Positions 1-11,509 of a DNA stretch of 64,000 nt are shown piece by piece (the stretch's first letter is position 1; every line of letters begins with the position of its first letter). The position numbers and the translations under genes were made by a program. The DNA is from Macrostomum lignano (Eukaryota): assembly GCA_002269645.1 (NCBI GenBank), contig NIVC01001161.1, forward strand, positions 62,001 through 126,000. The letters are read 5' to 3'. The notes below the pieces were generated by a model. That model saw only the letters and a program-made list of their open reading frames with translations. It was not told the DNA's origin and did no database searches.

Positions 1-489
1 GAGAAGGGATAAGGGATGAGAGAGAAAAGAAAAAGAGGATGAGAAGATTGAGGAATGGAGAGAATTTGCAAAGGCCTCAAATCTTAGTTTAACATGCATT
101 ACTCCCATCTTTGCCTTTTTCCTAACTGTTAACAAGTTTTTGTTTGAGCATGACTTCAAATTTAGAATCTATGCAAAAATAGTTCCGGAAATTGGAATTC
201 AGTGGTTTAAAAATATGTGGGTTTTTACAGCTTGTATCTCTACTGGATTCGTATTCTGCATCTGATGAGCCATCTGAATCAGGGCTCTCATCTTCCATGC
301 CAAATCGTCTAGCAAATCGTTCTTGAGCTATAGGTCACACTGTATTCACTTCACTTACTTCTGGACATTCATGAATCATGACTTTTGTAGTATGCTCACT
401 ACACTGTACTGACAATTTACTAATTGCTTCATGCCGCCACTAGATGACATACTGATTAGCTGTTATAAAAACGCGGAATCTGCACGCAG

Positions 490-648
490 CACTTATTAGC
501 TGGCGAGGCATTTAGCTTTAAAAATATGCTCATAGTTACTCCTGCCGTTTACCTAAAGTTTTTGCTTGGCTCTTTTATAGGTAAGTCGCATTTTTTATCG
601 AAAACTAAGTTGCACGGCCAGCGTAATTTCAGAAGTTGCGCATGTATG
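490..648. mobile_element. Partial MITE of the CATACATGCGCAAC-TIR family (right end only)
   Basis: GTTGCGCATGTATG at 635-648; interior CATAGTTACTCCTGCCGTTTACC matches the 7200-7496 copy; left TIR not found. Confidence 0.5.
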
Positions 649-677
649 GAGTGGCTTATAAATTCATGCAGCTCAGC

Positions 678-795
678 CAGTACCAGACGAATAACTTCAC
701 TGTTATTTATCTAGTATCTGACGAACAACTTCACTGTTATTTATCCAGTACCAGACAAATAACTTCACTTTTATTTATCCAGTACTGGATGAATA
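678..795. repeat. 34-bp tandem repeat, about 3.5 copies
   Basis: CAGTACCAGACGAATAACTTCACTGTTATTTATC-like units start at 678, 712, 746, 780. Confidence 0.8.
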
Positions 796-2637
796 GGCCT
801 AGTCACTACATTTTTAAATATATAATTATATATTATGTCTATAAATATCTCTATATATTTATATAAAACTTAAAACAAAAGAAATAATTAAATTCAGCCT
901 AATTATTAGGCAACATCTACTTTTGAATACAGTATCCTTTTTAGAATTTAGTATATTGTGATTGATTGAAAATAGGCCTATCTATAGCTTAAAGTTTAAA
1001 CCAAAACTATTTTCAAAAAAGGAAACATCCAACATACTTACAGGAATCGACACAAGTTCTTTTAGTTTATCCATTGAATAGTGAGCCTCAAAGTCAAAGT
1101 TTTACTAAATTAGGCCTACTAAGATTAGGCTATTAATTTTAGTTGCTTTACTTAGCTTCACTTAGACAATTGGCCTATAGGTCCCAATGATTTAAAATCG
1201 AGTAAAAACGCTAATTATGAAAAACTATTTACACTATTATAAAATAACTCTTTTGTATCGACCATTGGTTAAATAATTAAAATATGAACACAAAGTGTTT
1301 CACTGTTTCAGTCAGGGAGGCCACGGTTCTATATCTTATTAACATAAGAATAAAAATACAAACGAAGTTATTAGGTATAAAATATGCTATATACTAATAT
1401 AATGTATCATAAGGTAAACCTTTGTTGCTTATCTTGTAGGATGACAAAATGATTTTCTACCGGCAATTAATTAAAGGCAAAGTGGCAAAGCCACACGACA
1501 CAAGTAAGCTAGTCGATCAGTCGTAAAATTTTGGTTTCGTGTAAAAACTGCAAAATAAAAAATGCTACAATGTATAACAAACTGTCAACTTAAGTAAACA
1601 AAATATTGTCAAAGTAGTTATTGTTTATAGCGAATAGTGTTTAAAAGTATAACAACTCTGGTTTAATTTATAATATAGAGTCTATTTAAAACTAATCAAA
1701 CATCAAAGTGCGTTTTTTTGACGCAAGATGATGAATTGTTGTCAATGTGAAATTTCAATTGCAGTCATAGCTTCAAAGCGTAATTTTGCTGTATTTATCA
1801 ACTTTCGATGTTAAGTAGCACTACTCACTTCCCATGATTATGTATTTTTGATCAAATTTGTGTTTATTATATGTTTTATATTTTCATAATTAATGGTGAG
1901 CACATAAGGCCATTTGCCATACACTGCTGCAGCTGCATGGACATGACACGTTTTCAACCCAAAGCAAAACTTTTTAGAAATGCATCACGCCATCAGACAC
2001 TGCCCCTAAAGCCACATCGAGTTAGCCCCAATAGATATGACCGAAAGGGATGCACGCAAATTCAGTGACACTTGTTTTTTCTGTACTGTAGAGTGTAGTG
2101 CAGTCTACACAGGCACAGTATCGTGCAGAAACTTATTTCTAGCACACAATGCAAGCAAACTTTTTTGTAAGATTTGTTTGGGTGCAGGCTGCTGCTATGA
2201 TCCTGACTATGGCATGGGACTACACCAATGTGCCAGATTACACTTGAATTGTCACGAGCCAATCTACACTAGACATTGCCCATGGCCATGCTTTTCAATA
2301 TCAATTAAATTGCTTTTTTAATGCCTTAGATTAGTTTATAATGTCTAAAAAGGCCTAATAAAAAATTAATATAATCATAATATAATAAATGCTCTATAAA
2401 ACTATTTTCCTAATGAAAGTACTAACACTTAGCCTATCTATTTTGTTAAACTAATTAATAAAGAAAGTCTTTTTGTCCCAGTGAGCTTTTGGGGTTGAAA
2501 TTTTATCCCAATATACTAAATCTCTAATAATGCATAGTGTTTATATCAATAATTTAAATAAAGACTTTTAAGGCATTATTAACACTGATATTCCAATATT
2601 TTGTACTGTGTCATATATAAAGTTTGCCTAATAGATA

Positions 2638-5600
2638 AAACAACAACAACAACAAGGTACTGCTCCCGCCGGCCACACAGTAGCCAGAAAGGGGGGAGCA
2701 GTCAGAAAGCGCGTCTCTGGGCCATTTCCCTCAGGAAGTCACATCCCCCTGCTTGGTCCAGGGCGCCAGCGTCACTCAGAAGTCAGTCAGGGTATTGCAC
2801 CGTTTGCCCTTGGCCTCGCCTCCGCGGTCCCTGCAGCTTAAGCAGCAGCACGTCGTGTAGCAGCTCAGGACAGCGGGCCTCCGACCGGATGACGTGGCCA
2901 GCCAGTCAAAGTCGCCGCCCACGCAGCAGGTCAGAAGGCCACATCAGGCGCGCCCTAGTGTAGAGCCCGGCGTTGGTCTTGCTGCCTGGGCTGCTGCGCA
3001 CTCCAAAAGCCACACGCAGCATTGCCGCATGCGCAGCGTCCAGCTGCCTCTCCAAGGCGTCCGTCAGGGTCCAAGTCTCGGCGTTGTATAACAGGACAGT
3101 CTCAACGACTGCTTGAAACAGCCGAGCCTTGAGCCCGTCATCCAGGGCCTCAGATTGGAGCACGGAGCGCACAGATCGAAATGCGGCCCAGGCCAGTCCT
3201 CGTCGTCTCTTCAGGTCATTGGCAACATCCGGCACGGAGCCGCCAAGGTACATAAAGCGCTTGCAGCGGGTAAGCATAAATGCATTCCTGGCAGCATCTT
3301 GGTAATTGATCTCGGCCGGCAAGTCGGAGGGCACCATGAACACTACCGTCTTCCGGGCGTTCAGCTTAAGGCCGACCCGCGACGCTGCCGCCGTCAGGCC
3401 ATCAAGCAGCTGCTGGGCACCTTCAGCCGTCGATGAAAGTAGCGCGAGGTCATCCGCATAGCCGAGAATGGAGAGCCGCTTCTCTGGGTGCCGCTGACTC
3501 GTGCGTCTTCTCAAAAGGAAGCCGTCATCCAGGTTGGGCAGGCCGGTTCTCAGCACCCAGTCTAGTGCCAGCACAAACAGAAAAGGCGCCAAAGTGTCAC
3601 CCTGCAGCACACCTGACAACATGCTGAATTGGTCTGACAGTCCATCTGGCATCATCACTGAAGCAGTCGTGTCCTGGTACATCGCCATGATGGTGGAAAT
3701 CAGTTGCTCCGGTACATTGTATGCACGAAGCACGAGAGGCAGCGCGCCACGAGCCAGCGAGTCGAAGGCCTTGAGGAAATCAATGAAGATCACCATGAGA
3801 CTTGACTGATGGATGCGCACCTCCTTGATGATGCGGCGGAGGGCTAGGATCTGCGTCACTGTGCCGCGATGTGGGCAGAACCCGTTCTGCTCAGTTCGCA
3901 GGAACTGGTCCAGCACAGGCTGTAACCGAGCCAGCAGCACCCGGTTGAACAGCTTCGCGGCGCAGGACATAAGCGAGATCCCCCTGTGCTCCTCCTTTCG
4001 TGTCGTGCCTGGCTTCTTCGGGATCGCGACGATGTGCGCGGTTGTCCACTTGCGGGGCGCGGCATCTCCAGAAAGGACACCGCTCATCACACGAGCCACC
4101 TCAATGGTGACCCTTGTGACTCGCAGCACCTCGATAGGCACCTCGTCCGGTCCCGGGGCGCGACCTCCCGGCGCCTGGCGAGTGAACTGCACAACGTTGT
4201 TGCTGGTCACTGGCTGGGTGTTGAAATCTTCCTGCGACAGCAGCGCCGTCTTGAGCGGCAGTGGCATCACTTCTGGCAGAGGCGGTGGCGGCATGTTGAT
4301 ATCGGCGAAGAAGTCGCGTAGCTCATTTCTGCGCACTTCTGGCGTGTCGCCGGTCAAGTTTAGCAGTCCGTTTTCTTCTTGCGACCAGTCAAGGCGTTGA
4401 TTGTCGGCCATATGAGCCGATTCCATTGGTCGAACCCTGCGGAGGTGACACTTCGGATGGCATCGTCAACAGCGGCTTGCTGCCGCCTGACATAAACGTC
4501 TGACAGGGCTTTCTTGGCCTTTGCCGTCAGTCTCCTGGACCGTCGCAGCCTCTCGACTGTCCGCCTCGCCTCTTGAACCTCCTTGTCATCCGCCCAGACA
4601 GGGAGACTACGGGCTGCAGATTTCATCAGTGGCAGAGTTTTGCTCGCTGCCATCGCTACTGCTGCGCTAATTTCAGAGTAGTTACCTGTGCTCGCAGACT
4701 CTCCCAGTGCGGTGGCAAACGCGTACGCGAACCTGCCGCAGGTGCTAGAATCTCGCAGAGCCCAGAAGTAGCGGCGTGGGGGTCGCTTGGGCGGCCTGTA
4801 CAGTGGATCCCGGATGCGAAGGTTGCAGAAAAGCAGGTGGTGGTCATATTGGATGGACAGTGGGGCCATCGTGTCGCAGTCTGTCACCCGACTGCGCTCG
4901 CGGTTACAAACAAGAATGTGGTTGAGCTGGGCCCGGCGTGTCGTGGCATTTCGGCGCGCATTCCGCTTTCTTCGCTTACAACCAGCAAAAGTCGCCAAAC
5001 AAAAAGCAGGCTTGCGGAAGCGCGTGTTTGCCGACACCAGATCTTGCCGCGACATAAGGTCCGCAAGCGCACTAGAGTTGCCATTCTGGCGCGGGGACAC
5101 GAATAGGGAGCACTGGGACCTCTCCGCGACAGCGTTGAGATTGCCAAGCACCACCAGAGTGTCACGCATTGCAACCAACTCGAGCTGCTCCGACAGGAAA
5201 TCAAAGAACTCCTGCGCCTCATGCTGATGGGCAGCTGTCGGTGCATACGCGCAGAACAGCCGGGCATTACGGCCTCGCAGTCTCACATCCACACGCAGAA
5301 GCCAAGGTGACACGGGGACACAGCAGACACTCTGCTGCAGCCGCAGTCCAACTAGAGCACCGACTCCTCCATGTCCTCGACTGTCCACTGAGGTGAAAAA
5401 CAGGGTCCAGCTGGCACCGAGATCCTCGCGTTGGAGGCCGTCTTGCGTCACAATTGAAACTTCCTGCAGCATCACAATGTCCAGCTGCAGATCGGATGCC
5501 AGCTGCGCCAGCATTCCCCTCCTCCAAGCAGGTTTGAGAGTGCGACAGTTGAAGGTGGCAATTCTAAACGCGCTTCCTGGTACAGCTGGGGCCCGGACTT

Positions 5601-5874
5601 GTTGGGCCTCACGGTCTCCTTCGCTACCAGGCAGAACCGATTGGATAGGGGCCAGGTCAAGCAAACTTGCAGACTTGCGAAAACGACCTTTCAGCCATTC
5701 TCGCCTGTTGCGCTCACGCCGCCGCTGGATGCGCTGGTGGAGACTTTGTTTGCCTCGCCAGTTGCCCTTCCTGCCGCTGTTAGCAGAGCGCGGCTCACCA
5801 CTCTCACCTGGGCAAGCGCCAGCCAGATGGCAAGCGTCACCTGGAGGTCGCAGCATATTTGCACCGAAGTGCAA
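2638..5874 (-). mobile_element. Non-LTR retrotransposon (RTE-like LINE, single APE+RT ORF), decayed
   Basis: APE motifs (IATFNCRTL, LQEV, GVG, GNLNA, DHH) in ORF 4360-5874; RT motifs (PGPDEVP, GVLQGDTLAPFLF, YADD) in ORF 2906-4426; RRL*LAGHVIR C-terminal motif; (TTG)n 3' tail at about 2638-2655. Confidence 0.9.
2783..5856 (-). pseudogene. Disrupted APE-reverse transcriptase ORF: frameshift at about 4365-4372, TGA stops at 2906-2908 and 2783-2785
   Basis: ...ALTGRKKKT switches frame to LLNLTGDTPE...; the RT frame reads on past the 2906 stop as LAGHVIRSEARCPELLHDVLLLKLQG. Confidence 0.85.
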
Positions 5875-6518
5875 ATTTAATAGAACTGCAAATTTAATAG
5901 AACTGCAAATTTAATAGAGATAAAGTAAGATGAGAATTGTAAAATGTCTCTAACATTAAATGATTTATAGGAAGGGAATAGGGATGTCAATTCCCCAGCC
6001 AGGGAATTTTCTTATTGGGGACCTTGGGGAATTTACTATTATTCTCTGGGGACCCCATGAAAAGAAAAAAGTAAGTAAAACTGGTGAATAACTTAGATCT
6101 TAGATGGATCTTTAAACTTTGATTTAAGCTTTGGACTATATGCTATATGCATGTTCAAGGCGAAAGGGTAAAATCTTCAAAAAATGTTTTAAAAACTGTA
6201 TTTGACAATGGCTTCCAGTTAATTCGGCGACAAGCAATGGTGGGAGTGAGGCGCGAATTCGCGCCTGGCGCGAATTTTGGGATTAATGGCGCGAATGCGC
6301 GATTTCTGAGGCAAGGCGCGATTTTTTTTATGCTCAATGCGCGAAAAATGTTAGCTGATTTTGCTTTACTTTGCCAGTGACTGCCACACCCCCAGTGTCT
6401 CATACAGCTGTACTTTCACTTGTAAACTTATTGTTGTTTAAATAAACTTGTGTTATGGTGAAGAATTTTGTAGTTTTATCAGACATTTAAGTGTCTTAGT
6501 TTTATTTAGCATTTTTAG

Positions 6519-6912
6519 AAATAGAACCGAAACTGGAAGAAGAGAAGCAAGAAGAGGAGCGCAAGAAGAGGGAAGAGCTCGAGAAGAGTGTCCTCTCCGA
6601 AATTCGAAACAAGAAAAGTGCAAGACATTCACAGACTTAGGAAATTCTGTTCTGGAGACTAACAAGCAGATAAAGAAGAAGCAGAAGCAGAGGGATGACG
6701 CTTAGAAGCTGTTGCTGGAAATGACTAAGGCGAAGGAGGACCGAGATCGTGAGCTGGACAACCTGCGACACAGACAAGACAAGCTGCAGAAGAAGAAGCT
6801 GAAACAGGCCGAGAAAATCACTGAGACGGTGCTCAAGCGTCGAGCTATTGAGCAGTCATTGTCGAACCCTCTGCCAGAAAGCGTTCAACAGAAAAAGTTC
6901 CACTCTGGATAA
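6519..6912 (+). pseudogene. Charged coiled-coil-like accessory or captured exon inside the MULE, one in-frame TAG (6703-6705)
   Basis: ORFs 6448-6705 and 6712-6912 share a frame; K/E/R-rich; TTTTTAG acceptor at about 6512-6518. Confidence 0.45.
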
Positions 6913-7199
6913 CAACAGCGTGACAATGACAATATTGAACAATTAGTCGTAACGTTTTTTTAGGCTAATGCTATGTTAGTTGCCTTTTACTTGCTTAAAA
7001 TTACATCTTCCAAAGTTAGATACGCTCTCGTATATAGCTTTCGATTTCATATATTAGATTTAGTCTAGCTTGAATTATAACAAATGCAAGTTACGATTAT
7101 TTCGAATTTAATCTTTAGCAATTCAATAACTTTCATTTAAATAATTCATTTGTAAGACCTAATAAAATGCAATACACGAGACCCACGAGTGCGAGTGGC

Positions 7200-7496
7200 C
7201 ATACATGCGCAACAGTCGGCCGAGTCGGCCGATCCGGCCGACCGATTTGACGGCCAACCAAGGAGGTCGCAAAAATGCCCACCCAAATAGATACTAAAGT
7301 AGTAGTACTAAGTAGCTGACGAGGCATTTTGACCTAATAAGACAGTCATAGTTACTCCTGCCGTTTACCCAACGTTGCGTTAATTTTGCTTTAGGGTTTT
7401 TTACATGTAAGTCACACTTTTGGCCAAAAACTATGTCGCATTTTTGTTAAAACTAAGTCGCATGGCCGACCGAATTTTGGAGGTTGCGCATGTATG
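7200..7496. mobile_element. MITE with 14-bp TIR CATACATGCGCAAC nested in the MULE
   Basis: TIRs at 7200-7213 and 7483-7496; 8-bp TSD CGAGTGGC/TGAGTGGC. Confidence 0.75.
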
Positions 7497-8146
7497 TGAG
7501 TGGCGCACTATTGTCTACAACTACGATGTTAAATTATAGTCAAGCTGTTGCAACAACACAACAATCGTTTTTTTTTCAATCAGAGTTACTCTTTTGAACA
7601 TTATATAGTCAATGTATGGCAAAAAAAGATTGATACAAAAAAACTTGCGGCGCAAAAAAAATCGTAGGCGCGAAAAAAATGGACACTCCTCACTCCCACC
7701 ACTGGCGACAAGCTAATTCGGCAACAACCAATTCGGCGACAGCCAATTCGGCGAATGCTACGAAGCTGGAAAACGAAATTTAACATATTGCCATTAGTCC
7801 TTGCCATTCAAATAAAGGCTTGTTTTAACCATGCCAAATAATACATTTTCAAAGAGCTTACATAGTACGCCTCCTACGAGTCACATTTATATGACGCATT
7901 AATTATTTATTAGAGAAGTATGCTTGCACATCATATTTAATTTACAATTTTATTTGTCATATTGCATTTTACAACTCATTTTAAGGCGACGATCAAACAA
8001 ATTAATGGATTGTGCGAGTGTAAAAGTTAGTCTAAAACTTTTAAAAGTTTGAAAGTTAAAAAGTTTTAAAATTGTTTAAAAAGTTAAAGCTGGAGGTGGA
8101 GTAGGCCGGAGAGGTGGAGTAGGCCGTACAGCAATATAAAACTTAA

Positions 8147-8538
8147 TCATTTAGGGCCATTCAGCAAGCTGCACGCGTCTAGCAAGCCTTCCGCGGTCCG
8201 CGCTCCTGACGTGTATTCGTCCCAGAAGCGCTGGTACTGTTGTTCCATTCAACGATAATTTGGTCTTCATCGCCTTCGCTGAGCGCCTTGGGCGACAAGC
8301 CGCGATTCGATTGAGACTATCTGGGCCTCTTCATGCAACAGGCGCACCAGCAGGTAAAATTGAAGTCGACCACGCTGTGCTCTGGCATTCAACTTCCGGT
8401 GCCACCCTTCAGTGTCATTATTTGTGCGCACGTCCTTCTTGAAAACACTGAGTTCCCGGATGCTCCAGATCGTGTTTCGCAGCCATGTAGCCTGCACATA
8501 GTCGCACAAAAGTTGCAGAGGCTCCAGCTGAACTACAG
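8147..8538 (-). pseudogene. MULE transposase C-terminal remnant
   Basis: VRTNNDTEGWHRKLN...LHEEA and FWDEYTSGARTAEGLLDACSLLNGPK* in one frame, with TGA stops at 8267-8269 and 8249-8251. Confidence 0.8.
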
Positions 8539-9141
8539 TTTGTAGCCGAAAAAACTACATTCTATATGTTGCCACTTGTGGCATCTATCACAGTCAATGG
8601 CGGCAGTGTCATTGGTGACAGTCTTTTTGCATACAATGCAGTGGTCCATTTGTTACAATTAATGCAAATTCAATTTCTACTCTACCATTCTGAGTTGTCG
8701 CGCATTGAGCTAAATATGCATCACAACATAATAGACAAAAAATACAATCAATTGAATCCAAATGATGTACATGCTAAGACGGGGCGAATACTGCACACTC
8801 AAAATATGTAGCTCATTTTTACTTTTGATCTTCGCTTTGTATATTTTAAAAGCTAACTTAGTTTTGTGGAGTAGAACGCAGTTCATTGTGCATGTAATGT
8901 ACATACGATACAATGTTGAAATCAATGTTAATTTTAAAATCTGAGTAAACATGCATGCAAACTCAAACTCAACGCAATGGATGACAAAATGACAATGGAT
9001 CGTCCCCCCCCTCATGTTGCCGAACTGACTGTTGCCGAATTGACTTGTCGCCGAATTGGCTGTCGCCGAGTCAACCTGTCGCCGAATTAACTGGTTCCCT
9101 TTGACAATTTGGCATTGCCAAGAAGCCAGAGTCCAGATGCC

Positions 9142-9804
9142 GGGAACCAGTTAATTTGGCGACAGGTTAACTCGACAACAGCCAATTTGGCGACAAGTCA
9201 ATTTGTCAACAGTCAGTTTGGCAACAGGCTTTTTGCCAGTTTTAAATGTCAAACATATTTCAGTAAAACAAATGTTGAGATACAAGTACAAGAATTTCCC
9301 TCTTGAAAAGCCGCTAGTGAATTGCTGGCGATCGGTAGCAATTTAGTGGCGATTTTTTTCTTGACAAATGCTGCAAAGCAACCTAGTATATACGTGACAT
9401 ACTGTAACTAACACTAAGAATTTTTAATTAATTAATTATAATAATCCTAAATAACCAACCATCAAATTATTTATGCCTATTATGTTGGGTCAGGTGGGAA
9501 AATGGTATACATGGCCATGTATCCCCCAGCATACGCCATGCCTAATGTCTCTGGAAAGCATAAAATGTTATACACTTTTTGAAAATGTGTGATTTGACAT
9601 GATTAAAACAATTTTTCTATTTTAAATGGCAGGGGCGAATGGCTATGCGTATACATATGTAAAATTCAACAAGTTGTAATAGCTTTATGCAGTGATCCGC
9701 CTTATCTGCCTTAATTAGCATTTGCCGAATTGGCTGTCGCCAAACTGACTTGTCGCCAAATCGGTTGTCGCCGAATTGGCTTGTCGCCGAATTGACTGGA
9801 AGCC
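9142..9804. mobile_element. Non-autonomous MULE derivative (MITE) of the same family, inverted relative to 6210-9099
   Basis: Starts GGGAACCAGTTAATT, ends AATTGACTGGAAGCC; TSD CAGATGCC at 9134-9141 and 9805-9812. Confidence 0.8.
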
Positions 9805-10622
9805 CAGATGCCAGGGGCAGAAAATGCATGCTTAGCAGCTATGCTCATGAAAGGATAATTGACTTTAATCAAAATGAGGAAATTTGATAGACCTATTCAT
9901 TTTTGTATTGATTTCTGTTTATGTTTTGATTTCTCAAGTAATTGAAACAAAAATTTAAATAATGCAAGACAATAATAGGTAAACTTAACAAAATGAATAT
10001 TAACTTAGTTATTTTAAGTAAAGAACTAATATAAAGCAGTTGTTAAATCAGGCTCACTTTCTATTTTGTATCTAAGTCTAATTTATACTTAAGTCACAAG
10101 AAAATAAACTAAGGCACTAAAATGCTAGGAACCAAGAATCAAATTCATCCCTACAAATTTAGGCTTACTATTGCACATATATGAACATATAATAGATTTT
10201 TATCTTATTTTAAATTTTATCCTATTAAAAATCAACCAGTGATTCAGATTCATTTCAAAAATAGTCAATTAACTAGCAATCTAGCGCCCCCCTTCGGGGT
10301 GGCCAATAAGCAAGGGACGAATCCTTTAAAATGAAAAAAAATTCTTAGGGAGGGGGGCTAGGAATCGAATTCTCATTTTAATTCCAGGCTTATGTACCAA
10401 TAAAACATGTTTGTGCAGAATTTTATAACAGACATTGAAATTCAACCATACTTGCCTTCTTTCAGAGCTACTTCTACCAGTATGCTTCAGTACGCTACCA
10501 GTACCCGTGTAAGCCTTGACATGTCAGCAATCCCCCCCACAAGCCTTAACATATCAACTCCCCCCTTGACATCTCAGCGATGCTCCCATAAGCCTTGAAA
10601 TCTTAAAAAATCTGTCTACTTT

Positions 10623-10668
10623 CTAACCCTAACCCTAACCCTAACCCTAACCCTAACCCTAACCCTAA
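10623..10668. repeat. Interstitial (TTAGGG)n tract, about 7 units
   Basis: (CTAACC)7 CTAA. Confidence 0.85.
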
Positions 10669-11509
10669 AGCATTGAAATCTCAGTAATTCTCTCTAAGAG
10701 TCTATAGCACTACTACAGCATTAAAGCGATTCCCTGCAAGCCTCGACATCGTAGGGATTCCCAAATGAATCTCTTAACTTCGACATGAAGCTTCTTTTTT
10801 TTTACATTACGCTTTTTCTATCAGCGATCCCTCCCGTGAGGAGCCAACAAATAATGTAATAACTTTTTTTCCAATAAACTACATGTAGCTTCTGACATTA
10901 GCCTTGACATCTCATTTATTCCCCGTGAGCCTTGACATCTCAGCTATAGATAGATAGATAGATAGATTCCCCTCGTAAGCCTTGACATGTCGGCGATGCC
11001 CCCCATAAACCTTGAAATCTAAAAAATCCCCTGTTAACCTTGAAACGCGCTAAAATCTAACCCTCAACCCAAACCTGACGTAAACCTAACTTTTACCCAA
11101 CCTAAAGCCTTGAAATCACAGCAATTCTTCTTCCCTAAGCCTTGGCATTTAAGTGATTCCTTCTTTAAGAATCACAGCACTATAACGATTCCCTCCAAGC
11201 TTTGACATCGTAGCAATTCCCAAATAAATCTTTTAACTTTGACATGACTTTTATTTTATGTATACATAGTGCTCCTTTTATTTTTACATGACTCTTCTTC
11301 TATCAGCGCCCCCCCCACCGTGGCAAGCCAACAAAGAATGCAATAAAAGAACTTAAGTAAAGTACATGTACTTTGAAGTAGCTTCTGACTTTTGCTTTAA
11401 CATCTCAGAAACCCCCCTGTAATCTCAGTTATTCTCTGTGAGCCTTGAAGTCTCAGTGATTCTCCCCAGCACAGCACTATAGCTTCATTTAATTTTTATG
11501 ACTGACATG

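Larger units (their letters stand above)
6210..9099 (-). mobile_element. Mutator-like (MULE) DNA transposon, internally deleted
   Basis: Exact 9-bp TSD TTTGACAAT at 6201-6209 and 9100-9108; ends GGCTTCCAGTTAATTCGGCGAC / GTCGCCGAATTAACTGGTTCCC; subterminal AATTCGGCGAC repeats; transposase remnant inside. Confidence 0.85.

Noticed and set aside
2625-5915. TSD for the RTE-like LINE
   Set aside because: TAATAGA occurs on both sides, but the 5' flank is a 17-bp tandem repeat and no clean duplication can be defined
5979-10153. TAGGGATG..CATCCCTA as a hAT element enclosing the MULEs
   Set aside because: Flanks GAAGGGAA and CAAATTTA do not form a TSD, and the TIR is only 8 bp
10623-10668. True telomere
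   Set aside because: Only about 46 bp, internal, with genes on both sides
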